DNA from: an uncultured Fidelibacterota bacterium
GTDB taxonomy: Bacteria > Fidelibacterota > Marinisomatia > Marinisomatales > UBA1611
Assembly (NCBI GenBank): GCA_902562835.1
Contig: CACEUX010000008.1
Span: 3,726-67,725 of the forward strand
DNA: 64,000 nt
Direction of reading: 5' to 3'
Below are positions 38,407-47,939 of the stretch, piece by piece. The notes under the pieces are model-generated. The model ran no database searches and had not been told where the DNA came from. It saw nothing but the letters and a program-made list of their open reading frames with translations. Position 1 is the first letter of the stretch, and every line of letters begins with the position of its first letter. The position numbers were made by a program, and so were the translations under genes.

Positions 38407-38796
38407 TTAATTTTCTTGTAATTCAAAAGAATCGGCTAGGAAAACATTTTTATTAACTTCCCCTGATACTTTCGCAACCCTCACAGCATTACAAAATCCA
38501 TCCTTCGCATGGGAATCACCATGGTCATCTATTCCTGTTCCTTTTACATTGAATGCTTTTTCATTTACTTGTATGGCGAGGCTACAGTCTTTATTATCCA
38601 TTCCAAAATTACACATTCCGCAAGAAGCTAAGACGAGTCCATCTATATTACCATCTTCATTTATTTTTGTAACAAAATCACCATCTGGTTTATCAGCCTT
38701 TTTACTATTTACATTACATGCCCCACATCCTGCATAGGATAACTCTAAGCAAAAAAACATTGCAATTAAAATCGTTAATACTAGATTTTTTATCAT
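38407..38796 (-). CDS. Small secreted Cys-rich protein
   Basis: 129 aa with a signal peptide and 7 Cys, including CGAC and CGMC pairs. DDHGDSHAKD is a His/Asp-rich patch. I cannot assign a family. Confidence 0.6.
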   Translation of the reverse strand: MIKNLVLTILIAMFFCLELSYAGCGACNVNSKKADKPDGDFVTKINEDGNIDGLVLASCGMCNFGMDNKDCSLAIQVNEKAFNVKGTGIDDHGDSHAKDGFCNAVRVAKVSGEVNKNVFLADSFELQEN

Positions 38797-39102
38797 TTCT
38801 AGGCTCCTTTTATATTTTAGTTAAACTACTCGGCTAGAGTGGTTTGGATATTTTTCATAATTTTAATTATTTCCCATTATCATTGCTCAAAATATACTTG
38901 TTTGTAAAATATGATCACAAGTTGTCTAGTTTTATTATTAACGATAAAAATTATAACCAACTAAAACATTACTTAATAATCAATAAACTTTTCAATAAAA
39001 GCCTAAATAATTTTAGAACATAGTAGGCATTTAATAGAGATGAATTTTTTAAAAATAAGTTGAGAAAAATCATTTGACACTTTGATTTTTTTGTTTTAGT
39101 TT

Positions 39103-39393
39103 ATGAGCGTTATGAGCGATATATTTAATAATAAAGAGCGAACAAAGTACCTAAATTCAGTTCTGTTTAACCATGTTTCGTCAGGTTTCTGTATTTTGGA
39201 GTTCGGCTTGTCCAGCGCATCAGTGCCTACCAATCCAAAAGTAGTGAAATCATCAGGGTATAGTTTTACTGAAGCTGCCCTAGAGAGACTCAGAGATAGC
39301 CTTCTGAAGCCAGCAGTCCAAGGTCTACGAGCTAGAGATGAGAAGTATAGATTATCCTTTTACTTCAAAAAATCAGCATCCTTAGCTGCATGA
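39103..39393 (+). CDS. Hypothetical small protein (weak call)
   Basis: 96-aa ORF. A TTGACA-17nt-TAGTTT promoter-like element (39074-39102) overlaps the first ATG (39103) by 3 nt. I see no recognisable motif, so it could instead be non-coding. Confidence 0.3.
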   Translation: MSVMSDIFNNKERTKYLNSVLFNHVSSGFCILEFGLSSASVPTNPKVVKSSGYSFTEAALERLRDSLLKPAVQGLRARDEKYRLSFYFKKSASLAA

Positions 39394-39505
39394 GATTAAA
39401 AGTTCCTCTCGGTAGAATATACCCTTCCAAAGATTAATCAATCTAACGACCCCAAATAGGTCACAACTTCTGTCACCTCCTCATCCCCTTTTTATATTGT
39501 CTGTG

Positions 39506-39594
39506 CGGAGTGAGAGGGATTTGAACCCTCGAAGGATTTAGATCCTTGCTGGTTATCGAGACCAGTGCATTCAGCCAGACTCTGCCATCTCTCC
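39506..39594 (-). tRNA. tRNA-Ser (anticodon CGA), class II with long variable arm; atypical
   Basis: The reverse complement folds as GGAGAGA/UG/GCA..UGC/CUGGU-CUCGAUA-ACCAG/AAGGAU-CUAA-AUCCUU/GAGGG-UUCAAAU-CCCUC/UCACUCC-G. The anticodon is CGA. It has an A5-A68 mismatch and U at position 37. TATAAT lies on the minus strand 15 nt upstream (39609-39614). Confidence 0.75.
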
Positions 39595-39626
39595 AAATTA
39601 TGTGTTAAATTATAGGGAGGGAACTT

Positions 39627-39821
39627 ATCATAGCACTTACCGAATCACAATTAGCGGAATTTGAAGAGTATCTAGAGACCATACTCGAACTGTACTCTGA
39701 AGATGAATATGAAGATTTTGTTGAGAATATTGTATACCATTATTGTAAAAGAAAATTTGATATTGATAGAGAAGAATCTGTGAGCTTATTTTATGATATC
39801 ATTGAAAAAGGACGCAAATAA
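39627..39821 (+). CDS. Possible small acidic protein (about 64 aa) lacking a canonical start codon
   Basis: Stop-free frame 39609-39818 encoding ..IIALTESQLAEFEEYLETILELYSEDEYEDFVENIVYHYCKRKFDIDREESVSLFYDIIEKGRK. GGAGG (39616-39620) lies 6 nt before ATC 39627. The stop is 2 nt before the next gene's ATG. The only in-frame ATG/GTG/TTG is a GTG about 14 codons before the stop, too late to serve as the start. Confidence 0.4.
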   Translation: MIALTESQLAEFEEYLETILELYSEDEYEDFVENIVYHYCKRKFDIDREESVSLFYDIIEKGRK

Positions 39822-39823
39822 TT

Positions 39824-40315
39824 ATGTCTGATATATTGATTAATCAATCCGTGGCTATCCTCTGTGATGGTAATAATATTGAAAGAAGTATTCATGAAAT
39901 GTCAAAGAACCCCAAGGCAATGATCAATTTTGATCAATTGATCCCTAAACTTTTGGATGGTAGAGGGTTGAACCGATTAATATACTTCAGAGAGGGAAAA
40001 TCCATTTCTGAAAAATTTGCTGAGAGGCTTCATCAAAACTATTATGGTTCGGTAGTACCTTGTCACAAGTCTGCTGATATACCACTATCTATTAAGGCAA
40101 CTCAATTAGCATCAAAAGTAGATACCATCATTATTATGTCAGGAGACTCAGACTTTGTTGAACTTGTTGCACACCTGAAGGCTGAGGGTGTTAGGGTTGA
40201 AATAGCAGCAGTCAAACAGAATACTGCAAAGATTTTACTTGCTGAGGCTAACTATTATCATGAGATCACAAGCGATGATTGGTTCATCTACAGGGGGTCA
40301 AAAAGAACTAAATAA
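39824..40315 (+). CDS. NYN (LabA/DUF88-like) domain protein
   Basis: 163 aa. VAILCDGNNI near the N-terminus and IIIMSGDSDFVELVAHLKAEGVRVEIAAV match the NYN/LabA-like nuclease-fold pattern. Confidence 0.7.
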   Translation: MSDILINQSVAILCDGNNIERSIHEMSKNPKAMINFDQLIPKLLDGRGLNRLIYFREGKSISEKFAERLHQNYYGSVVPCHKSADIPLSIKATQLASKVDTIIIMSGDSDFVELVAHLKAEGVRVEIAAVKQNTAKILLAEANYYHEITSDDWFIYRGSKRTK

Positions 40316-40447
40316 TTCTTATTTGGATTTCTAGCTGTATTTTTTATTTTTTCCAGATAAATCAGATTTAAATTTCTAAAATACCTATGATAAAAAAACA
40401 AAAAATAATATTTAACCAAGTTCTACTTTCGAGCAATTATTAAGCCG

Positions 40448-41476
40448 ATGTCAAGAATTTATAAATTATTATTTGTCCATATAATCACCCTAAGTACAGT
40501 TTTAGCATCTGACGGATCAGACATGACATGGTTTGAAAAGTTACTCACTTTTCTAGTATCTGGCGCCCTAGTATTCTCACTGATAAAAGGCTACTTGACG
40601 GTGAATAAAATATGGAAGCGTAGAAAAAATGAAGAAGTATCAAACAGCATCTCTATAGTTGCAGCTATGCTTGGTTTTGTTGTTGGTTTTCCTTTTTTAT
40701 TAAATGCCTTGATCATTACTCAAGATTACTTCAATGCTGCAAAAAGTGTAATAGCACTTTTTCTAGCAACTGTATTTACTTTGATTGGTACAGGATATTT
40801 TGTGGATAAAAATAGAGGGGTAGGTTTTTTAAAATTACTGGGTCAAGCACTCAAATTAGAAGGGAAAGAATCTGGAGATCTCATATCTGATATGATCAGA
40901 CCAAAAGGTGCTAGGAAGATCATTGATATTCTCCAAAAACTGGCTGCGATAGACGATGATATAGCTAAAGAAGAGATTGAGCTCATTGAGCAATTTTCTG
41001 ACAAATGGGGCATAGACGTACCGGACCTCGTTCCTGGAAAACCGCAAGAGGTTACTAACCTTGTTGAGCTTAAAGGCCTTGTACAATCATACCTTGATGA
41101 AAGTCCAGATACAGATGTCGCAGAGGGTCTTGTAGACCTTATTAATCTAATGGCTGAAGCGGATGACGAAGTGACAGAAGAAGAAGCAATGGCTGTAGCA
41201 GAATTCACAGGTATGATCGCTCATTATGTAAGTAAAGAGAAGGGTGGAGAGATGGAAATGTTTGAGGTCAGTATTGTACCGCAGGGAGATCAGCAGATGG
41301 AAGCTGTACGAGAATTATTGCCTGAATTAGAGATCGTTGAATCCCGTGGTGGCCGTGTTTTTAAAGTTGGTAAATATTTTTCAGAGGATTATGCTGAAGC
41401 AGTCTGTGAAAAATATATTCTCTTAGGGTTGTATTCTAGTTCTTCAAAGGTCAAAGTAGACCTCAAAAAGGAATAA
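40448..41476 (+). CDS. Membrane protein with TerB-like cytoplasmic domain (tentative)
   Basis: 342 aa with about 4 N-terminal hydrophobic segments. IIDILQKLAAIDDDIAKEEIELIEQF and LINLMAEADDEVTEEEAMAV resemble TerB-type helical repeats. Confidence 0.5.
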   Translation: MSRIYKLLFVHIITLSTVLASDGSDMTWFEKLLTFLVSGALVFSLIKGYLTVNKIWKRRKNEEVSNSISIVAAMLGFVVGFPFLLNALIITQDYFNAAKSVIALFLATVFTLIGTGYFVDKNRGVGFLKLLGQALKLEGKESGDLISDMIRPKGARKIIDILQKLAAIDDDIAKEEIELIEQFSDKWGIDVPDLVPGKPQEVTNLVELKGLVQSYLDESPDTDVAEGLVDLINLMAEADDEVTEEEAMAVAEFTGMIAHYVSKEKGGEMEMFEVSIVPQGDQQMEAVRELLPELEIVESRGGRVFKVGKYFSEDYAEAVCEKYILLGLYSSSSKVKVDLKKE

Positions 41477-41497
41477 AATTTTAAATTATAAAAGCAA

Positions 41498-42868
41498 TTA
41501 GAGCTCTTTTAGATCTTTAAGTAGTTGTTGTAGCATGTCTTTCGCATCACCAAAAACCATTATTGAGTTATCAAACCCAAATAGTTCATTCTGGATACCG
41601 GCAAAACCAGTGTTCATTGTTCTTTTATTGATGATTACTGTTCTGGATTTATCTACATCAAGAATTGGCATTCCATAAATAGGAGAAGAGGTATCGTGCC
41701 TCGCAGCTGGGTTTACAACATCATTTGCGCCCAGGACAAGTGCAACATCACAATCTTCAAATTCAGGATTGACCTCATCAAGGTCTTTAAGTTGTTCATA
41801 TGGAATATTAGCCTCTGCCAATAGAACATTCATATGCCCAGGCATTCTACCTGCCACAGGGTGAATAGCATAGAGAACCTGCTTACCTTTGGACTCAAGA
41901 AATTCAGCAACCTCTCTAATTGCATGCTGGGCCTGTGCGACTGCTAGTCCATATCCAGGGACTACAATTATTTTATCTGCAGCATCAAATATCATTGCTG
42001 CCTCTTCAGTTGAATAACTTTTTATTGAAACCTGTTTTCCCGAGTCACCTTGTGATGATTCTTGTTCAAGCCCAACTGCACCAAAGATCACATTCGCTAA
42101 AGATCTGTTCATCCCTTTACACATTATATTTGTTAGGATCAATCCTGATGCTCCGACCAGGGCTCCTGAGATTATCAGTCCATTATTCATAAGAACAAAC
42201 CCCGTTGCAGCTGCGGCAATACCAGAATAAGAGTTAAGAAGCGATATAACAACTGGCATATCCGCGCCCCCGATAGGGATGGTAAGTGTGATTCCAAGTA
42301 CAGCAGAAATAATTATAACCCCATAAAAAAAGTTCATTTCATTAGGTTCTTGAACTAAGTAGAAGCCTAGCATAAGAAGACCTAATGCGAATAAAGCATT
42401 GATCACCTGCTGCCCTGGAAATACGATAGGCTGTCCGCTGATGAACCCTTGTAACTTACCAAATGCAATAAAACTACCTGTGAATGTAAGTGTCCCTACA
42501 AAAATTGATACAACTATAGTACCCATTGTAAATGCTGATATATCCCCAGTTTTTAGAAACTCAGCTGCAGCTACAAGCGCTGAGGCGCTACCGCCAAAAC
42601 CATTGAAAATTGCAACCATTTGTGGCATCTGAGTCATTTCAACTTTCAGAGCAAAAGTTGCACCAATTACCGATCCAATTATCATACCCACAAGTATCAT
42701 CTGGAGGTCTATTTTACCGTATGATAACAGAGTAGCAAGTATAGCTATGAGCATGCCTGAAGCGGCTATAAAGTTTCCATCACGAGCTGTTTTAGGGTGG
42801 CTTAACTTTTTTATACCCAAGATAAATAATACAGAAGCCAAAACGTAGAAAATATTACTATAGTTCAT
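41498..42868 (-). CDS. pntB: NAD(P) transhydrogenase subunit beta
   Basis: 456 aa. The N-terminal half is polytopic membrane. The C-terminal dIII region has VPGYGLAVAQAQH...YAIHPVAGRMPGHMNVLLAEA...GANDVVNP. Confidence 0.92.
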   Translation of the reverse strand: MNYSNIFYVLASVLFILGIKKLSHPKTARDGNFIAASGMLIAILATLLSYGKIDLQMILVGMIIGSVIGATFALKVEMTQMPQMVAIFNGFGGSASALVAAAEFLKTGDISAFTMGTIVVSIFVGTLTFTGSFIAFGKLQGFISGQPIVFPGQQVINALFALGLLMLGFYLVQEPNEMNFFYGVIIISAVLGITLTIPIGGADMPVVISLLNSYSGIAAAATGFVLMNNGLIISGALVGASGLILTNIMCKGMNRSLANVIFGAVGLEQESSQGDSGKQVSIKSYSTEEAAMIFDAADKIIVVPGYGLAVAQAQHAIREVAEFLESKGKQVLYAIHPVAGRMPGHMNVLLAEANIPYEQLKDLDEVNPEFEDCDVALVLGANDVVNPAARHDTSSPIYGMPILDVDKSRTVIINKRTMNTGFAGIQNELFGFDNSIMVFGDAKDMLQQLLKDLKEL

Positions 42869-42876
42869 TAAATATC

Positions 42877-43146
42877 CTATTTACGCTTGAACATCTTTAA
42901 CATTCGGTCGGTTACCATAAAGCCTCCAACAACATTAATAGTAGCAAATATTACAGCTACGAGGCCAAGGTATGTTCCAACACCTCCATCGATCGTTGTT
43001 GAAATGATAGCACCAACGACCGCAATGCCAGATATTGCATTTGAGCCACTCATTAATGGTGTGTGAAGAGTCGGAGGTACTTTTGTAATGATCTCAATTC
43101 CCACAAAGATCGCTAATATGAAAACAGTAATTATATTTATATCCAT
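42877..43146 (-). CDS. pntAB: NAD(P) transhydrogenase subunit alpha part 2 (membrane)
   Basis: 89-aa hydrophobic protein with HTPLMSGSNAISGI. It lies between pntAA and pntB. Confidence 0.88.
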   Translation of the reverse strand: MDINIITVFILAIFVGIEIITKVPPTLHTPLMSGSNAISGIAVVGAIISTTIDGGVGTYLGLVAVIFATINVVGGFMVTDRMLKMFKRK

Positions 43147-43148
43147 GT

Positions 43149-44282
43149 CTAGGCTGTCAGGGTTTCTTTTGTTGGTTTATGTGTGATCTCCCCATTATGG
43201 GTATACATTGACTCAGATATAATTTCATCTTCAAGGTCTAAGTTCAATTCTCCTTCTTTAACCATATAAGTTAATAAAGCCGCAACATTTTTCGCGTAGA
43301 GCTCACTTGCATGCACTGGCATGGTCCCTGGTATATTTGATGTCCCATCAATGATCACTCCATTATGCGTTATGGTCTCATCTTTTTTTGTTAGCTCACA
43401 ATTACCACCATTTTCAGATGCCAGGTCCATAATAATGGAGCCTGGTTTCATTGCGTCTACCATGGAAGTTGGTATCAATAGCGGGGCAGGTCTACCTGGA
43501 ATAAGGGCAGTAGTAATAACAACATCTGCTTTGCTAATATGGTCATGGATCAATTGTTGTTGAAGACGCTTGTATTCATCTGATGTTTCCTTGGCATATC
43601 CACCTTCTCCAACGCCTTCATCTTCACCGGCTTCAACCTGAATAAATTTTGCTCCAAGTGATTCGACCTGCTCTTTAACAACAGGGCGTACGTCAAAAGC
43701 CTCAACCTGGGCGCCTAGACGTTTGGCGGTTGCTATTGCTTGTAAACCTGCTACTCCAGCACCAAGAACAAGTACCTTTGCGGGTCTTATGGTGCCAGCT
43801 GCGGTCATTAGGAGCGGCATATAGACACTTAATCTACTTGCTGCAATCAAAACAGATTTGTAGCCTGCGATATTGGCTTGGGATGACAGAGCATCCATTT
43901 TCTGTGCAAGGGTGGTCCTAGGTACAAGATGCATAGAAAAACCGGTCAGAGACCGATCCCTCATTGCCTTTACAGTATCTAATTCTCTGGTTGTTTGGCA
44001 AAAAGAAATAATGGCAGCATTAGGTTTAATTTTTAATAACTGTTCATTTGAGGGGGGCAGTACCTTTATGATAACATCTGCTTGAGATAATAGCTCATCC
44101 TCTGAGTCTACGATATTTGCACCTGCATCTTTGTATTCTTGATCACTAAAATATGAATTCTGCCCTGCCTTTGATTCTACGAACACCTCCATACCAGATT
44201 TGATGAGGTCCTTGACTGTTCCGGGTGTGGCCGCAACACGGGTCTCACCATTGATATTTTCTTTAGGTATCGCTAGGTACAT
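43149..44282 (-). CDS. pntAA: NAD(P) transhydrogenase subunit alpha part 1 (dI, alanine-dehydrogenase-like)
   Basis: 377 aa with PKE..NGETRVAATP. VLVLGAGVAGLQAIATAKRLGA is a Rossmann GxGxxG motif, followed by TTALIPGRPAP. Confidence 0.92.
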   Translation of the reverse strand: MYLAIPKENINGETRVAATPGTVKDLIKSGMEVFVESKAGQNSYFSDQEYKDAGANIVDSEDELLSQADVIIKVLPPSNEQLLKIKPNAAIISFCQTTRELDTVKAMRDRSLTGFSMHLVPRTTLAQKMDALSSQANIAGYKSVLIAASRLSVYMPLLMTAAGTIRPAKVLVLGAGVAGLQAIATAKRLGAQVEAFDVRPVVKEQVESLGAKFIQVEAGEDEGVGEGGYAKETSDEYKRLQQQLIHDHISKADVVITTALIPGRPAPLLIPTSMVDAMKPGSIIMDLASENGGNCELTKKDETITHNGVIIDGTSNIPGTMPVHASELYAKNVAALLTYMVKEGELNLDLEDEIISESMYTHNGEITHKPTKETLTA

Positions 44283-44402
44283 ATACGTTGGTATTATATA
44301 TCATCTTTATGAAGGGCAGGAAATTAATATAGGATATAGTGAACTTCATCCTGAATTCCACAATTTTTAATTATAATTTTGCCCCCTTAATAGTATACAG
44401 AT

Positions 44403-47084
44403 ATGCGTAATAGAATATACAGATTGGTCATAATCACAAGTTCATTTATAATGGCAGAAACGATTTATGTGCCAGATGACCAGCCTACCATACAGGAAGC
44501 AATAAATATATCTACTGATGGCGACTCAATTCTAGTCAGTCCAGGATTCTATCCTGAATCAATTGATTTTGATGGTAAGGCTATTTTGATTTCATCACTC
44601 TACCTCTTGGAGGATGATTCGCTATTGGTTGGTGCAACGATCATTGATGCCCAAGAGAATGGAAGTGTGGTCACATTCTCTAGTGGAGAGACCACTCAAT
44701 CGATCATTCAAGGATTTACTATTCAAAATGGTACGGGCAATGATGAAGATCCAGATGATAATGGTTCATACTATACTTATGGTGGCGGTATTTATTGTCA
44801 GGGTAGTGATCCTGTTATTAGAGACTGTATCATACAAGATAATATTGCAAATGAAGGCGGTGGTGGTGGAATATTCTGTTATAATGCATCTCCAAAGTTT
44901 TATGGATGTAGTATTAATGGTAATGAAACGGATGATGTTGGAGGCGGTTTATACTCCAGAGTTGACTCTAGCCCAGAGTTCTACGATTGTACCTTTTTTG
45001 AAAATACAGCAGAATTTGGAGCCGGTTGCTATCTGAGAAATGAATCAAGTCCTATCATGGAGAATGTAATATTTAACCAGAATACTGCTAATAATTCAGG
45101 AGGTGGAATCACACTAAAAGATGATGCTGATCTTCAGGCAGAACAAGTTTTTATTTTCAATAATGAAGCAGATGGTCTGGGTGGAGGTCTCTATGTCAAC
45201 AATGCTGATCCGCAATTCTCTTTCTCTCTGATAGCTGATAATGTATCAAGCTCCGGTGCTGGGGCCTATATAAGAAATAATTCAACAGTAGATTTTACAA
45301 ACCTGACCATGGCAAATAATTCTGCAGGGCTCTATGGTAATGGAATTTATATGAGGGATAATTCGGATGTTAGCCTGCTCAATACTGTTGTCTGGGGAAA
45401 TGGCACTCCTCAAATTTATTTTAGATCGGAAGGCACAGAAGTTGAGCTAGGTGTGTTATATAGTATTATCGAGAATGGAGAGGATGGTATTGAGACCAAC
45501 GATAATGGTGAACTGAATTGGGGTGCTGGAAACCTCGAGGAAGAACCTTATTTTTGTAACAGTTCCGCAGGTAATTACACTGTCAGAGAGAATTCATCAT
45601 GCATTGATGGTGGAGCTGCAGGGGCACTGATCGGATGTTTTGGAGCGGGGTGCGGTCCAGTTAACGTCGGACCAGTTTGGTATGTTGATTCAAGCGGTAA
45701 TAATGCAAATGATGGAAGTCTTGAGGCACCTTTTGAGACTATTTCCAGGGCCGTTCTTTCTGCAGTAAATGGTGATACCATCCGACTTAATCCAGGCGTT
45801 TATACAGAAATACTCGATTTCGATTCGAAGACAGTCGTTCTAGAGTCAAGAGCATTTGCTGAGAATGATCCTGATATGATCCTGGAGACGTATTTTGCAC
45901 CTGGTCAAATCGGAGGAAGTTGTCTTCTGCTAGACCAAACATCAAATAATAATGCAACAATTAGAGGTATATCATTTCGTGGTGGTTCCCACCCATATGG
46001 TGGTGGTATAGCTATAATAAACTCAACCCCTACGCTTGAACATATTATTGTAGAAGAAAATACGGCTGAGATAGGCGGCGGTATCTACATTTCTGGTTCA
46101 GATCCTGTACTAAAAAATATCACGGTTAGGAATAACGGTGGAAACTTGGGTGGTGGAATATATGTGACAGAAGGTTCTCCGATATTTGAAGGTGTCGTTG
46201 TCGAGAATAACATAGCCTATTGGGGCGGAGGCTTTTATTTTGAAAATGCTGAACCGACCCTAAGGCATAGTGCAGTAAAAAATAATGAAGCATTTATTGA
46301 AGGAGCAGGGTTATACCAGAATGGTGGTATAAGTACAGTTGAATGGACAGCTTTTGAAAAAAATAATGGTTATGATTATGGTGGTGGAATAGTTGCATAT
46401 CAGGCATCTATTGACCTAGATCAAACTACGTTTTCTGGCAACACTTCAGGTGTCGGCTCCGCCATGGCGTTCTATAGCTCTGTTGTTACCGTAAAAAACT
46501 CAATAATATGGGGTAATGATGGTCCAATTTTATATGTACCCGAGTCTAGCGGTATCACCTATCTTGATATTGGGTATTCTGATATAACAGGGGGTGAAGA
46601 TCTCTTGGCGGATCATCCAAATTTAATATTTACCACTGAGGGTGGTATCATTAACCAAGACCCTGCATTCTGCTCTCCTGAAGATTTTATTTATAATTTG
46701 CAGGAAACCTCCATATGCCAAACTGCATCTGATTCTTCTGGTGTGATCGGAGCGTATTCTTCTGTCTGCGGCGCCCTAGCTATTGAACAGCCTAAAGTTG
46801 AGCCAAATAGTTTTGCTCTTTTATACAATTACCCAAACCCATTTAATCCAACCACCAATATCATATATACCTTGACCGATCATGGATATTATGCTCTGGC
46901 TATCTATGATGTTAATGGTGGTCTTGTAAAGAATTTAGCATCGGGTTATGGAAGTCCTGGAGAGTACACGGTCCTCTGGGATTCTACAAATGATAATGGC
47001 CAGAAAGTGGCCACGGGACTATACTTTTATCATTTATCAACAAAGTCAAATACTTTAAAGAATAAAATGATCTTAGTCAAATAG
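44403..47084 (+). CDS. Right-handed parallel beta-helix repeat protein with T9SS C-terminal sorting domain
   Basis: 893 aa with many GGG(I/L)Y..N.. repeat turns (Pmp/pectin-lyase-fold-like). The C-terminus is YNYPNPFNPTTNIIYTL...GLYFYHL...KMILVK. Confidence 0.85.
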   Translation: MRNRIYRLVIITSSFIMAETIYVPDDQPTIQEAINISTDGDSILVSPGFYPESIDFDGKAILISSLYLLEDDSLLVGATIIDAQENGSVVTFSSGETTQSIIQGFTIQNGTGNDEDPDDNGSYYTYGGGIYCQGSDPVIRDCIIQDNIANEGGGGGIFCYNASPKFYGCSINGNETDDVGGGLYSRVDSSPEFYDCTFFENTAEFGAGCYLRNESSPIMENVIFNQNTANNSGGGITLKDDADLQAEQVFIFNNEADGLGGGLYVNNADPQFSFSLIADNVSSSGAGAYIRNNSTVDFTNLTMANNSAGLYGNGIYMRDNSDVSLLNTVVWGNGTPQIYFRSEGTEVELGVLYSIIENGEDGIETNDNGELNWGAGNLEEEPYFCNSSAGNYTVRENSSCIDGGAAGALIGCFGAGCGPVNVGPVWYVDSSGNNANDGSLEAPFETISRAVLSAVNGDTIRLNPGVYTEILDFDSKTVVLESRAFAENDPDMILETYFAPGQIGGSCLLLDQTSNNNATIRGISFRGGSHPYGGGIAIINSTPTLEHIIVEENTAEIGGGIYISGSDPVLKNITVRNNGGNLGGGIYVTEGSPIFEGVVVENNIAYWGGGFYFENAEPTLRHSAVKNNEAFIEGAGLYQNGGISTVEWTAFEKNNGYDYGGGIVAYQASIDLDQTTFSGNTSGVGSAMAFYSSVVTVKNSIIWGNDGPILYVPESSGITYLDIGYSDITGGEDLLADHPNLIFTTEGGIINQDPAFCSPEDFIYNLQETSICQTASDSSGVIGAYSSVCGALAIEQPKVEPNSFALLYNYPNPFNPTTNIIYTLTDHGYYALAIYDVNGGLVKNLASGYGSPGEYTVLWDSTNDNGQKVATGLYFYHLSTKSNTLKNKMILVK

Positions 47085-47136
47085 TGATATAACGCACAGG
47101 GGGTCTCAAACAAGGTTCCCATATTACAACCCAAAG

Positions 47137-47901
47137 ATGTATATTTGGCCCATGCATAGGGCTAGCCAAAAACTCCTAAAATTCTCATTGTTTTCCCTCC
47201 TTATACTTTTTGCGACTGCAAATGGGCAAGCTCTATCTAATTTTTTAGGTCACTGGACTGGCTTAGAGTTGCTTGATTCACCTAATCTGACCTATGATAA
47301 TAGAAATATATCTTTAATCGTGAGTGAGGGTGGCGATAGGGATGGATTTCATATTTATACCTCATCCTGTGATTTTTTGTACAATGAAGATCTAGATTGG
47401 GCATACCATTACTTTGGTTTTGACAAAGAATATACTCAGGTTATTTTTCTTAGACGGTTCATAACCCCACTTGGTGTAATTGGCTATGAGGAATTGGTCT
47501 ATGACCTAACGGAATGGTCAGATCAATCATTTGTCGCTGAATATTTATCAGATGATGGGGGGACATATCATGAGATCAGAATGGATATTGATATTTTGAG
47601 ATCTCAAAGTCTGATTCCTTCTGTTGTAAAGCTTAGCCAAAATTTTCCAAACCCATTTAACCCAACAACAAGTATGTATGTGTCTGCAGACAAGGAATCT
47701 AGAGGTAGTCTAGTAATATTCAACCTTAAGGGTCAAGCTGTTCGCACTCTATACAAAGGGAGATTGGTAACAGGTATAACAAACTTTATATGGGATGGTA
47801 ATGACAATTCTGGTAGGCCAGTGAGCGGAGGAACATATATCTATCGCTTAATGCTAGATGGTGTCTCCAGCCAATCCCAAAAAATGATACTGCTCAAATA
47901 A
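47137..47901 (+). CDS. Hypothetical secreted protein with T9SS C-terminal sorting domain
   Basis: 254 aa with a signal-like N-terminus. The C-terminus is QNFPNPFNPTTSMYVS...GTYIYRL...KMILLK. Confidence 0.75.
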   Translation: MYIWPMHRASQKLLKFSLFSLLILFATANGQALSNFLGHWTGLELLDSPNLTYDNRNISLIVSEGGDRDGFHIYTSSCDFLYNEDLDWAYHYFGFDKEYTQVIFLRRFITPLGVIGYEELVYDLTEWSDQSFVAEYLSDDGGTYHEIRMDIDILRSQSLIPSVVKLSQNFPNPFNPTTSMYVSADKESRGSLVIFNLKGQAVRTLYKGRLVTGITNFIWDGNDNSGRPVSGGTYIYRLMLDGVSSQSQKMILLK

Positions 47902-47939
47902 GTTCATATCATTAAAAAGAAATATTTTATTATAGCTAG

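Noticed and set aside
39103-39500. tmRNA (the ORF ends ..SASLAA, like an ssrA tag) or RNase P RNA in the 39.1-39.5 kb gap.
   Set aside because: I found no GGGG.UG 5' end and no tRNA-like GGUUCGA..CCA 3' end. Only about 110 nt remain after the LAA codons before the convergent tRNA. I could find neither a GGAAAGUCC-type motif nor a complementary P4 strand for RNase P.
39506-39594. The long-variable-arm tRNA on the minus strand as the tRNA-Sec (selC) serving the selenoprotein locus.
   Set aside because: The anticodon loop is CUCGAUA (anticodon CGA, Ser) and the acceptor stem is 7 bp rather than 8. It is a class II tRNA-Ser.
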